From positions 1,736,001 through 1,800,000 of the forward strand of contig OX597834.1 in the NCBI GenBank assembly GCA_951406725.2: a DNA stretch of 64,000 nt, in the 5' to 3' direction. Every line of letters starts with the position of its first letter. Position 1 is the first letter of the stretch. The notes below the pieces were generated by a model, which made no database searches, was not told where the DNA came from, and was given only the letters and a program-made list of their open reading frames with translations. Origin of the DNA: Octopus vulgaris (Eukaryota). The translations under genes and the position numbers were made by a program. Shown piece by piece: positions 13,756 through 26,500 of this stretch.

Positions 13756-14057
13756 CAGTGGCGGACTGGTCAGGTTGCCAGCTTGCCCAATGCAAGTGGG
13801 CCCCTGCACCATTAGAAACCATGTTAGTATCTAAGGGGCCCATCCCCTCAAGTTTAAGAATTTTTTATTCACTCCTGGAAGAATGCATTAATTATTTCAG
13901 CCTGGCTGTGTTTGTAGACAGGTGAAAAGAATACTTTTAACAAAACAAAATTAAATGGTAGCATTGTAGTTGTGGGTGGGCCCCTCCCTTAGTCTCCTGG
14001 GTGGGCCCCTCCCTTAGTCTCCTGGCAACCAATATTTTTAGACCCCGTCTGCCACTG
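13756..14057. mobile_element. hAT-like MITE
   Basis: Termini CAGTGGCGGAC...GTCTGCCACTG; 8-bp flanks gtatgtag/gtaggtag (7/8 match); internal 24-bp tandem duplication near 13975-14023. Confidence 0.7.
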
Positions 14058-17000
14058 GTAGGTAGGTAGGTAGGTAGGTATACATGCACTTAAAACAGCA
14101 TCAGATGAAAATATGTGTATAATGTTGCGTATAGTTTATACAAACGTAGAACAGTTTTAACAAAAATTTTATCTCATTTGTTTGCAAAGAAGTGAGAGAG
14201 GGGAGGATAATGTATAGTAGAGGGGGGGTGAAAAGACGGGGAGGATTAGGATTAGTTTAATAAGTGACAAAATAAACCAGCTTAGGATATAAAAGATGAT
14301 TACACATAAAAGAATATATGTATGATTAAAGATTAAAGGAAAAATTTATAAGAGAGAATGAAATAAAGTAAGACAATGTATTTCTTAAGACACTGTCTGA
14401 ATGTTTTTGTGATGATCATGGATGGAGAGTCTCCGTTCATAGTTCTGCTGGATCAGGGCTGGCCTGGGACATCATCAACATTGAGGGTTACATTAGAAAC
14501 ATAGTTCTAGGTAGGTGATATCAGAATCATAGATGGAATAGTCACATATGGAATATCATTGATTATAGGTCTGCTGGAACAGGACTACCTGGGGTTAAAC
14601 ACCAACATTTGCAACAAGGAAAGATGGTGAATGCAGTTCTAGATACATTAAGTCTGAATATTCGATGGGAGGGCCATGGCTGGAATATTTTTACTCACCT
14701 TTTCACAGTGGGTCACTGCAGCTTCTGTAACTTCAGGTCGTCACAGCGCCCTTTACTTTGAGAAAGAACAACCCTATGTTCATTGTGGGTTGCCACAGTG
14801 TGTTTTACCCGACAAACCCCTTCATCGAAGGTCAGCATGACCCACTGTAACCGTAGATCATGTCAGTCGTCCATAATTTGGGTGACAGCTACCCTGTTGT
14901 CTTCATGTTGGCTTATCACACTGCCTGTTTTCTGTGGATTATCCCGCAACAGCGTTGACCTCTGGTCATAACAAACCCATTCGGCCTTCCATAGCTCCGC
15001 TCACCACAAACCTCTCAGCCCTCCATAGCTCCAGTCCATCACAAAGCCCTCAGCCCTCGATAGCTCTGGTCACCACAAACCCCAGTTCGGTGCCGAACAA
15101 AACACGACACCATCACGCCATCAGTTCAACACAAAATATCTCTGGCTAATCAATATTTTTGAAACTGTCTCGATGCATAATTAAGATCTGTCGATAGTTT
15201 AAAATCGATATGTTCAATAATGAAGAAGTAGGAGATAGCTTAGGCAGTTAATATTCACCGAGTTATCTGTCAAAGGTTGGAATATAATAAAGATGGCCGA
15301 CTCTAATGATTCTTCGTTTCTGCCCAGTTTGTTTATCAAACATCAACAAAACTTTTATATTTGTGGCGTTCTCTCTGAAAGACTGCAGCAGGTAAAGTCT
15401 TAGAATCATCCATTAATATAAATATTCATCTTGTCACGAACTAATAATCAATAACTTGTCAAACAGAACGGAAAATCAAATATTAAATACATTCACCATC
15501 TTTGCTAACTTTTACTTCTGTTTTGCCCCTTTTTTCTTTTGTATTTTTTAACTGTTTTTGGGGGGTTTTCCTTCGGGCTTTTTCAGTTTTTTTTTGAACG
15601 ATAAAAGTGGTTTTTTTTTTCCTTTTTAATTGGAGAAAAAGAAAAAATTATTTATGTAAAAAGAAACTATTAAATTTTGCAAAAAATATTCTTTAACTAA
15701 ATGAAAGCTCCATGATCTTAAAAGATTATAGAAATCAATCTAAATTTAAATCATTTGTCGACATTTGTTGTTGTTGTTGGGGGGGGGGGGGGTTCTTGCT
15801 CTTGGCATTCTTGCTGTTGTTGTTGTTGTTGTGATTATGTTTGTGTTTTCGTTATTATATAAACTGTAACCCTGTACTCCTCTGTATTCAATGCCAAGCC
15901 AAAGTATTGAATTACATTCCCTTCTCAGCTGGGTGCAGTCAAGGGGTCGTAACAGACATCATTGTCCGGGTTAAGGAGTGCAGATGTGGCTTATGGTTAG
16001 ATCCTCACTTCACAACTAAAAGGTCTCTGGTTCAATCACAGTGCACAGCACCTAAAGCAAATGTTTGATATCATAGCCCAAGGCCAACCAAATGTGAATG
16101 AAATTTGGTCGACAGGGATGGAGTGGAAGAAGAGGAAGCGATTAGCTTCAGTTCTTGAATGGCAAACTTGACCTTTCGCCCAGTTAACACAAATTCTTAT
16201 CCTTCAGATATCTTTAGTGTGGAGTCCACTCTGTTGCAAAGATTTGGACAAGGTCTTCCTTTCTTTCTTCCTTCTGCCAACATCGAAGACACAATGATAT
16301 TACTTAAACAGCTTTGGCGCCACGTCTCATGGTTTCGAAACATTTCGTTTGGCACCAAAACAATTTTATTCTTTCACACTTTCACCTCGACTTAACTTTA
16401 CCCCATCCCCACCTCTAAATACAATAGCTACGCATTGAGATGATAGGAAGTTCAAAGCCAAATAAATCTAGAGTAAGAAGAATTATTTGGGTTCGGGTTA
16501 TTTTTGAGGGCTTGAGATTGGAAAAAGATACAATTTTAACACGGTTGGCACCTTTACGTATTATCATCAGTGGTGATGGCGGGAGGGGTTAGCTCACTGC
16601 AGAACCAATAAATTAGACTTGTTATTGAAGTTGTTGTTGTTGTTCTGGTTGCTGTTGTTGTTATTGTTGTTGTCTTCATCATCATAGTTGGCATTGTTGA
16701 TGTTGCTGTTGTTGTTGTTAAAGGTGGTACTGTTATTATTGTCATCATCATCGTTGTTCTTGCTGATTTCATTTGTGCTTCCATTTTGTTTCTTATATAA
16801 AATGTGACTTTGTACTCATAAAAGCCTGCAAGACTGTGAGGAGGCAGAGAGTAAGATACTCTTGAACCAGAAACCAAACCCAAATATTTGCCATGGACTA
16901 AACCCTGCTAAAGGTACCCCAGGCAACATGGTGGTAGACCAGGTGATGGATTAAGTAAGTCATGACGGAATTTTAACTCGGAATGTGAAGATCCTGGAGA

Positions 17001-17472
17001 AATACCACAAGGCACCAGTCCACCCCCACCTCTCTAGATTGCTACTTTATTTATCAACCCCTGAAAGAATAAAACCTGAAGTCGACCTTGGTGGGATTTG
17101 AACTCAAGGGTGTCAAGGATCGGAATGAGAGGCAGGCATCGGTTGGCTTAGAGAATTAATGAGGGGGGAGGAGGAGCAGGAGCAGGAGGAGGAGGAGACG
17201 ATGAAATAAAACTGGAGGAAAGAAAATCAATTGTTAATTTGATTTCTGGTGTTGATATGATCGGACATTGTTGTTTGGATGAGAGAGTCACATGATGTGG
17301 CAACTTCCGGAAAGGTGTGAATGGAGAAAAAAAAAGCGAACAATTTAAAAAAAGACATTTTGGAAGTGTCGAAATAAGTGTACGTGGCTTTGGCACTTTA
17401 ATGTCATCGACATAATGGTAGAGGGGGGGGCGGTGGTGGCGGCGACGGCACTACTGCTCCTACTATCGTTGT

Positions 17473-17507
<35 letters not shown>

Positions 17508-18708
17508 GTGATGGTAGTAAAGAGGTTTATAAGATTGTAGTGGTGGCGTCGGTGTTGGTGTTGGTGAACCAAAATAAATTTTACCACAGATAATCAGATC
17601 AAGCAACGACGTGTGGGTGTCAACACCACCATCAGCATCATCATTACCATCACCCTTATCAGCATCACCATCAACATCATCATCACTGTCATCTTCATCT
17701 TCATCACCAGCACCAATACGACCATCACCAACAAAAGTTAATCGACTCCATAAACTACCAACAACAATACCATCACCACACCACCATTGCCACCATCCTC
17801 ATCAGCATCATCATCAGCATTGATATCCTCCCCACTACCACCATCACCGACACTAGCACCAGGTTAGATAATACAATCCTACAGACACACAGACAGAATG
17901 AGTGACAGTGAGTAGGTGAAAGCTCAATACGATAATACAGAGTCGGACTCAGATAAATTCCAACTTGACTCGCATTTGTCACTCTTCATTAGAAAAGGGA
18001 GGCTGAACTTAGTTTCATCTTGATTTGACGTTGATCGCACACCTTTGATATCACCAATGAGTATGGTTATTGCGTCACTTTGGCCTCTTGAAACAGCTGT
18101 CAAGTTAAGACATTACGTACGAGGTTCGATGAAAAAGTATCAGGACTGTTGTTATGGTAACAGAGCTAAACTACGCAGAGTGAAGCCATTTGGCACAGAA
18201 TAAACTTGTACTCCAAGTTATAACGTTCTCAATCACTTCCGTTGTTTACATCAATGCTTGGAAGGAAAGTGTGTAAAATGTGGTCGGCTCAAAAAGATCG
18301 GGTTTCAGCCTTCATTTTGTCGAGGAAGAGGAAAAGGTTTTGGAAACCAACAGAAGACAGGGGACAACTCGGAAGTCTATGGCTACGACCTTGAAACCAA
18401 CAGAAGACCTCGACAAAGGAAATCCAAAAGACTGTGACAGGCTGCCTGTTGCGATCCGAGAAAGGAATTCCAGCATCGTTTCCATCAATGGAAATGATGC
18501 TGGATAAAGTTTGTTGCTTCAGAAGAGGATGACTTCGAAGAGGCTCCAATCACCAAACGATTGCATCAGACGTCATCTTTCGTTCTATATTTTGTCTTTA
18601 TTTTATATTCTATATTTTGTACTCAATGTAAATTGCCTCAAGCCTACGTTTATCAACTTTACCACCTCCCCTTCTCTCTTCTTTTCTCTCTCCCTCCCTC
18701 TCTCTCTC

Positions 18709-18756
<48 letters not shown>

Positions 18757-19663
18757 AACCTCCCCTGTTCGAAGGTTATAATGGACAAAGGTTCTTGTGT
18801 CACATAGCAAGCTAGAGGCGATGGCCCCCTGGAGCTAATCAACGGCAGCATCCGTCCTATTTTCCTGGACTGCCATGTTAGCTTGGCGATAACTATTTAT
18901 ATACATATACATATATATATATAGAGAGAGAGAGGGGGGGAGATGTGTGTATATATATTATATACCCATGTCTAGATGCATGTAAAATTAACTTTTGTAA
19001 AAACAAATCTGTACGTTTGAATATTTTTCATAAAGAATATAAACACACACACACACACACAATCTCTGTATGTATATAGGGAAAAAGATCTGAGCCCTCA
19101 TCCATCTCGTCCCCGCTCCGTCCTTAGCTCTCCCCACTATGCTACAGAGTTGACAGAAATATGGCAACAGTTTTCACTTTGAAGTTGGAGCCCCTTCGAT
19201 TCCCCCCTCTTCAGTGAGGGGGGGGAGAAAAAGAGAGGAAACATGTTTCCACCCTAAACATAAAAAGTGCCGCACATCGCTCTCTCCCCTCCCCCTCTCT
19301 CTCTCTCCCTCTCTCTCCCTCCCTCACTCACTCTCTTCCTCACTCTCACTCTCTCTCTCTCTCTCTCCCCTCTCTCTCGCTCCCTCCCTCTCTCTCTCTT
19401 ACCCTGCATATCTCTTTCTTTCTCTCTTCTATCGGAGTTTTGGCTGTTATTGTTTCTTGTTTGCAACACGCAGACATACGCGTTCGCGCGTGCGCGCCTG
19501 TGTGTATGCGTTTGTGTGTATGTGTGTGTGTGTGTGTGTGTTGAATAATGTGTCTGTGACAAGGTGGTAGCAAAGCGAGAAGGGTTGCCAAAGAGAAAGA
19601 GAAAAGGGTTTTAAAGAGAATAGAGAGAACGGAAACAGATAGATAAAGGGAGAGACAGAGGGG

Positions 19664-19754
<91 letters not shown>

Positions 19755-19844
19755 ATAGATAGATAGATATAAATCAATAGATAACACAGTATGTTCGTGC
19801 AGTAAATGTAACGATCCTTGTCCATGTTATGTATTTGTTTTACG

Positions 19845-19921
<77 letters not shown>

Positions 19922-20266
19922 GCAAACACGTATCCATCATTCATTAAGTATCTCCTTTGCAACGGTTTCGGCCCCCTTCGGCCCCGAAACAACGAAGCCA
20001 ACGTTATTTAAATCAAACGCCGTCATTTAATTCGTTAACATTAAAACATCTTCTCGTTGTTGTTGTCGTCGTCTTTCATCTTCGTCCATCGATTACTTCA
20101 AATAAACGTTGATGAAAATTGAGGTTAAACTTCACTTTAAACATTGCCAGCCATAAATATGGCCTTTCACACTCACAACCGGCCAATTAATATGGTCATG
20201 GGTGTGTGTGGGTGTGTGGGTGTGACACCATGCTGGTTCTAACCCCCCTCCTCCCCTACATATGTA

Positions 20267-22060
20267 ATGAAAGTAAATCTTTTCTCAGTTGATGTGTGGT
20301 TCTCTAACTTAAAACATTTCGCCCTGAAATTAACCCCCAAAATGCCGATGCCACGGTGTTTAATGCCGTATCAAACGTTGGTTAACTATTCATTTCTCGT
20401 TTCTCTGATGATTCTCTGTAAACATGTAGTTTCTTCTCCTTCAATTACTTCATTCCGAAGACATTGGTTAAGACGGAACCTTATTCAATGCGAACCAATT
20501 GCCATTAGTCTGTGTCAAGACCTGCCTTATAATCTGACTGGGTTTCCGAATCTCCTTAATGATCACAACCAACACGCAGCCAGTATCGGGTTACACGAAT
20601 TCTTGCTGTTGATCGAGTCGCGGTGTTCTCCCTACAGTCGATTCTTCCTTTGTCTTCTTTATACACCTGTCTGTAATGAGGAATACAGCCTCATCCTACC
20701 TCCTTGTCGAAAAGTCTGTAAACGTGTCCAAGAAGACTGCGAAGACCTGATGAATTCTTTCGGTTTCAAATGGCCGGAATTTTTTAGCTGTAAGAGATTT
20801 CCCAGTTCGGGACTCTGTGCCAGTCCAAAAATGAGAACTGATCGATTGACAACTCATTCTTCACATTTTTTTGTAGCTGAGAAAAGAACATTTCCACAGA
20901 CAACTTCGTCACAAGACACCACCACCACCAACAACAACACCAACAACAAACAGCAGCAGCAGCATCAGTTACTTTGCCCTCCGGAACTCAGTATATCAAA
21001 CAAACTAAATTATAAATTAACCATCGGATCATTGATCATCCCGGACTGTGCAGCTCCCTGCATCGGCATGTTCTTCACAGAATCCCAGGTACAATTCGCT
21101 CGACTCTTTAACGGCATTCTCTCGTCTTTCGCCCTCGTACCCTCTGTACTCACCACTTTCACATTCATCGTCAATATTCAACGTTTCCAATACCCACAAC
21201 GGGTTGTTGTATTCCAATCTTTTTGCTATTCGCTCGCTACTCTCGGCTACTATTTAGCTTTCTCCTTCCGGGACATGGTGACATGTGTTGATATGGCCCC
21301 TGCATCGTGTCCCAATCAAACATGTCAACTTGTGTCTTTAGTCAGACAAGGAACAACAAACGGAACCTGTACCGTCAGCTTTATTATAATTTATTTCTTC
21401 AGTATGGCTGCGTCCGTTTGGTCTGTAATCTTTGCTTTGGTATGGTTCTTAGCTGCTACGAAGAAATGGTGCTCGGAAGCAATCGAAGCGCAATATCTGT
21501 ATTACCATTCCATATCATGGGGTCTCCCCATTGTGCCGACGTCTGTTTTATTAAGCTATGGTTATATCGACGGAGATGTTCTCGCTGGCGTTTGTCAAAC
21601 GGGTCTCTTTAACACGACCGTCCTTGTCACATCCCGGCTACTACCGCATACTCTATGTTTTCTCGTCAGCCTTGTATTTCTACTCCCTGCTTTTATATCA
21701 CTGATTCGAATCTCAAAGACCAATGGACGAACAAGGAATTTGTTGCGAAAGTTCGGACTCTTCTCCGTTGTCTCTGCCACTTGTGTTTCGATTACCATCA
21801 GCTGTTTATTCTACGAGTCCCTATACAAGGACCAGTGGTTGAGTACTTGGTACTCCCGTATCTCCAACACTACTGAACAGGACACTTTGCCTTCCCCTGC
21901 TCATCCTGACCATCCCCACCGTCAACAACCCTCTTTCGTTGTGTTTCTACTAAAATATACCGTTTTATATATCCACGCCATTCTTCCTGGCACGTTTTTA
22001 ACCAACTCCAAAACTCTTCTTCCCTGTATGGGAGTATGTCTTGATAGAGCGCTGCCTTAA
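20267..22060 (+). CDS. FZD: Intronless divergent Frizzled-family receptor (CRD + 7TM), 597 aa
   Basis: Ten-Cys CRD (CEPI..LCQDLPYNLTGFPNLL...CSPYSRFFLC...PPCRKVC...FGFKWPEFFSC..FP...LC); Frizzled TM motifs RFQYPQR, CTVSFIIIYFFSMAASVW, WFLAATKKW.SEAIE and IDGDVLAGVC. True start may be a downstream Met (about codon 26-33) ahead of the hydrophobic signal segment. Subfamily cannot be assigned by eye. Confidence 0.93.
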   Translation: MKVNLFSVDVWFSNLKHFALKLTPKMPMPRCLMPYQTLVNYSFLVSLMILCKHVVSSPSITSFRRHWLRRNLIQCEPIAISLCQDLPYNLTGFPNLLNDHNQHAASIGLHEFLLLIESRCSPYSRFFLCLLYTPVCNEEYSLILPPCRKVCKRVQEDCEDLMNSFGFKWPEFFSCKRFPSSGLCASPKMRTDRLTTHSSHFFVAEKRTFPQTTSSQDTTTTNNNTNNKQQQQHQLLCPPELSISNKLNYKLTIGSLIIPDCAAPCIGMFFTESQVQFARLFNGILSSFALVPSVLTTFTFIVNIQRFQYPQRVVVFQSFCYSLATLGYYLAFSFRDMVTCVDMAPASCPNQTCQLVSLVRQGTTNGTCTVSFIIIYFFSMAASVWSVIFALVWFLAATKKWCSEAIEAQYLYYHSISWGLPIVPTSVLLSYGYIDGDVLAGVCQTGLFNTTVLVTSRLLPHTLCFLVSLVFLLPAFISLIRISKTNGRTRNLLRKFGLFSVVSATCVSITISCLFYESLYKDQWLSTWYSRISNTTEQDTLPSPAHPDHPHRQQPSFVVFLLKYTVLYIHAILPGTFLTNSKTLLPCMGVCLDRALP

Positions 22061-22250
22061 TTATATTGTGTGTATATATATATATATATATAATGTCTGT
22101 GTGTATATATATATAATGTGTATGTATATAATTTTCTACATTATCTGTTTTTTCCTGAGGTTATTCGTTTTCATTTTTTTTATCTAAAATATATTATCAA
22201 AAACAAAACAGTTTTATATTTTCGTGTTTAAGATTTCTGTAGATTTTTTT

Positions 22251-22256
22251 AATAAA
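22251..22256 (+). terminator. Candidate polyadenylation signal of the Frizzled gene
   Basis: AATAAA about 190 nt after the stop, with T/GT-rich sequence downstream. Confidence 0.4.
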
Positions 22257-22303
22257 ATGCTTTTAAAGGATTTTGGTAAAACGAGTGCCTCGTATTGGAA
22301 CCA

Positions 22304-22363
<60 letters not shown>

Positions 22364-22627
22364 GTATTTTACATGTTGATGTTGGTTGCTTTGGTGCAAA
22401 GATTAACAATATGGCAAACAAAAAAATTAATTTCAAATCTTATATGAAAATCTCTATATTTGATCCACACACCCCTCATACACACACATATACCTACACA
22501 TAGACACACGTGGATAATCATGGATGAAATCCCATTTTTGAAGTATATTAGTAGACGTATGACGGAAAATTATTTAATATCGTGTTTGCTTCTATGAGAA
22601 TACCTTTAAAGTACTAGTCTAAAGTAC

Positions 22628-23910
22628 TAGTCGCGTAGACTGGACCCGGTGCGCGTAGTCGATCCTACAGCGACTTGCGTATGCAAATGAGCTGATTGGC
22701 GCAACACTGCAAAAACTAAGTTAATAGCGAGCCCCTACTGGAGCTTAGGAAATATTTTCCAACGATATACGGTGTATATTATTTTAAAGACAAGTGCGTT
22801 TTTTTTTTTTTTCGTTAAAAAAAAAATAAGAGCCATTGAAAAACTTCTTTTTTTTCTCAAAGTAGACCACTACAGGCGACAATTCACTTGTTTCCTTTGA
22901 ATAGCTACGGCAAACTTCGTTAACCATTCAGCTATGCTCGTTCTCTTTCAACTGGAATTTAACCCCTGACCAACCCTAAATTATTAGACATTTTGGTCGT
23001 GGCCATCCCGCTTTGCTGTAAATCCAATACTGCATTGTTCAGTTTGACTTTAAAACAAAATTCGGCTGCTATTTCTAACAGCTGGGTGGAAGATATCTCT
23101 TGACCGAAGTTGTCCAAGGTCTGTGTTTGCTCCTTGTTTTCAGTTTCTCCAAAGACCCAACTGAACTCTCGTCTTTAACTTCAGCTGAACAGTTCCCAGT
23201 CCCAAGACTGCCCTGGTCGTGCAGACCTGATCAAAGGAGTTTATTTCTAATCAGACGTAAAGTAACCCTTTTTTATTTCTACGTGGGGGAAATTTGGTTG
23301 CTATAAGTTTACATTGAAGAGACTTGGTCGTTGACAGGAGCCTCATAAGTTAACGCAGTGAACCATTTCATACGAGGCAACTAAATTCTGACCCCACCTT
23401 GTTGTCACCAGGAACCGATTTCCCTGTTGAAGCCTACAGTAAAATTACCTTGTTGGGGAGGGGTTAAGCCAATTTTTTAAAACCTTTTTTTTGAATTTTC
23501 ATGCATGCTGCAGTTTGCCGTAGCTATTCAAAGGAAACACAAGTGAATTGTCCCCTGTAGGGGTCTACTTTGAGAAAAAAAATGTTTTTCAATGCTTATA
23601 ATTGTTTTGTAACGAAAAAAACGCAATTGTCTTTAAAATAATATACACCGTATATCGTTGAAAAATATTTCCTAAGCTCCAGTAGGGGCTCGCTATTAAC
23701 TTACACACTGGGATCGATGTAACACTGGGATCGATGTAATCGACTTAATTCGTTTGTCCTCTCTGTGTTTGGCCCCTTGTGGGTAGTAAAGAAATATATA
23801 AAAATATATTAACTTAGTTTTTGCAATGTTGCGCCAATCAGCTCATTTGCATACGCAAGTCGCTGTAGGGACGACTGCCTAGCGCGCACCGGGTCCAGTC
23901 TACGCGACTA
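22628..23910. mobile_element. Non-autonomous DNA transposon with ~290-bp TIRs (Academ-like termini)
   Basis: Termini TAGTCGCGTAGACTGGACCCGG...CCGGGTCCAGTCTACGCGACTA; GTAC on both flanks (22624-27, 23911-14); arms about 22628-22915 and 23512-23910. TAG..CTA ends with a 3-4 bp TSD match the Academ description; family assignment is inference. Confidence 0.7.
23704..23806 (+). mobile_element. 5'-truncated SINE/LINE tail inserted in the right TIR
   Basis: Flanked by the 10-bp duplication tattaactta (23694-23703 and 23807-23816); ends ccccttgtgggtagtaaagaaat. Confidence 0.7.
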
Positions 23911-25191
23911 GTACCGGGGGGAGTGACCTTATAGTGGAGTGCACCTTTATTTTTATCGACCCCGAAAGGTTAAAAAGCAAAATTGACCGAATCGGAATTA
24001 AAACTCAGAACGTAAAGACGGACGACATGCCGTCGAGCATTTTGTCCGGCATGCTAAAGAATATGCCAGCACGTCGCCGTCAATCCCATGGAAAAAATAT
24101 TAATTTCACATTTTTGCACAAGGCCAGCAATTTTGAAGGAGGCGGTAGGTGGAGCTCAGTGTCGTATTTATGTGTTTTTGTTTGTCCTCGTAACATAGCA
24201 GTTCGGCTAAAGAAACTGATAGAATAAAAGCATTCATGTGGTGCCACGTGAAAGCGTTCGACTAACTTCACAAGGCGGTGCCCCAGCGTGGCCGCAGTCT
24301 TATGATTGATACAAAGAAAATGTTAGTTGTTTTATAACAGAGCAGTATCGAAGTCAGTTTAATTAGTTTTAATTAATTAATCCTTGATTCTTTCGTTGTC
24401 TCATTAATCATTGATTAATCATGATTACACACGTGGACTTGTTGAAGGTCCACAAAAATTCAAAGATGTGTTAATTAAGTAATATACCATAAAACGGTAA
24501 TTAACTCGGTTTAATTAATCTAAGTCATTATTTAAATAAACTGATTTATTTGTAAACCGTCTGAACGCAGCAGATCGTTTGAATAATCTGCAATTTGGCA
24601 TACCTACACAAGTGTTCCCTCATCACCACCCGACTTTGTTTCCTCATAACTTTCAGAAAAATTAATATCTTGTAATGAAATTTTCTATAAATACACTTCA
24701 GTGTGTGTAGAGTTTGATTATATCGGAATTCTGAAAAGAAGAATGATGAGCCGCACACACATTTCAATTTGTTGCGGGTGGATGAATTTTAAAAGTTTCA
24801 TTTTGTAGAAAATGTGATGTGTCTAATTGTACGTCTGCGCATTCGCCTTTTTTGGGGTTTTTTTTTTTTTCTGCATATTAAATTTCGATATAATTGGTAT
24901 CCTCACTGCCTTAAGCGCATTTGTAGAAAATTCCGTCATAAAATATCAATTTTCCTGGAGGTTATGAGGAAACAAAGAGGTGGGGAGAGGGCTAACTTGT
25001 GTACGTAATGTTAACAGCTTAACCTAAACTGGCCTTCGAAGTCCCATAACACATGGGAAAGGTTGTATGACTATTTCGATGCTTTAAAATATTATTTGTT
25101 CCAAGTCAGAAATAACCATTTCAGAGAGAGAGGTGGAACATTTTAAAAATGGTCTTTAAAAGTCTATCAAAGATGGAGGTGAAATTATTTC

Positions 25192-25603
25192 GGATCTTTT
25201 CGGTTTGAACGGCAGTTATTAACTTAATTTCTAGGTAACTAAAAAATTTTAAACTTCGTATACTGGTAGAATGTGTTTATAAAACATCATTTTCTCTTGG
25301 CTTTATTGAGAAAATTCTATAGTTTGTAAGATATTTGTGGGGTTTTTTCTTGAATTTCTGCAATTTCAACCAATCACTGACGTCTATTGAGGTAAAAAAA
25401 AAAAAAAAAACATTCTGTGCCGTATGAATATGTCCCTCGTTTAAGAAACAGATTGGGTTTATTTACATTTGTGAAGAAAAAAGATACCCTTCCCCCACTC
25501 CTAACCCTAACCCTAAAACAGATTGAAATGCAATAGATCGATACTAAGGTCATAATTATGGGTGACAATTTTATATGACACCGCTAGAAAAAACTGCCGT
25601 TCA
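25192..25603. mobile_element. MITE with GGATCTTTTC..TTTGAACGGCAG TIRs and internal (TAACCC) motifs
   Basis: Left TIR at 25192, truncated right TIR ctgccgttca at about 25594-25603; a partial direct copy lies at 28594-28836. Confidence 0.75.
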
Positions 25604-26294
25604 GTAAATTTTAATTTTCCAAGCAGGTAAACATTTCCACATTCTTTTTCTTTCCCTGTATCTCTGTTTCTTCTCTTGTTTGTTACGATTTTACACCCCC
25701 TTCAATCCCTTACGACTTTCCGGCTTTTTTAATTAATTAAAATTACTCTTTAACTTCATAAAGATGTTCCCCATCCTCCAAAACATTTATCACCTTCATT
25801 TGTACCACCTCTCCTCTCTATCTTCTAACAAATATTTCATATCTTGGCGATCTTTCGGTATTAGTAGACGACGTCATCCACTCCCAGTACCCCCCTCCTA
25901 CTGACGTAGATAGTGGTTGGGCTGAACAAGAATGAATGGTGTCGACCAATACCGAAATATTGCCTTTATATTACATGTAATTCCTGTCTGTTTTGTATTC
26001 TCAGTTTTAAATTTTCTCAGCTGTCTCTGGTCTTCTATTTACATAGGCCCCTGCTCTCGATATCACCTTAATGTAGGACATGTTGGGGGTGCTGCAGTAA
26101 CTGGGGCCCAGGAGGAACACACTTCTTAGTTACAAAACCGAAGGAAGACAAGATACTTCTGATAGTTTGAACTGGTTTCTGGGGGGATGTGGAGCATCTC
26201 TCACCCTTAAACCTCTTGTCCGGACAACTGATGGGAAATAAAGAAGTGAATTGATTCATAAAAATGATGCGAGATTAGGAAATAAAGCAACCAA

Positions 26295-26500
26295 GGCGGC
26301 GAGCTGACAGAATCATTGGAACGCTGGACGAAATGCTGAGCGATGTTTCGCCCGTCACTACGTTCTGAGTTAAAATTCCATCGAGGTTGACTTAGCTTTT
26401 CCTCCTTTCGGAGTCGATAAAAATAAGAACCAGCTGAGCACTGGAGTCGATGTAATCGACTCATCCCCCCCAAGCTGCCCTTATGGCAAAAAAAAATTGA
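26295..26500 (+). mobile_element. tRNA-derived SINE (family B)
   Basis: GGCGGCGAGCTGACAGAA head, gttctgagttaaaattcc B-box-like motif and conserved ...cctttcggagtcgataaa core. Confidence 0.8.

Noticed and set aside
25497-25516. (TAACCC)n telomere-like runs, also at about 30030-30170
   Set aside because: Only 2-3 units inside MITEs; not a telomere or fusion site.
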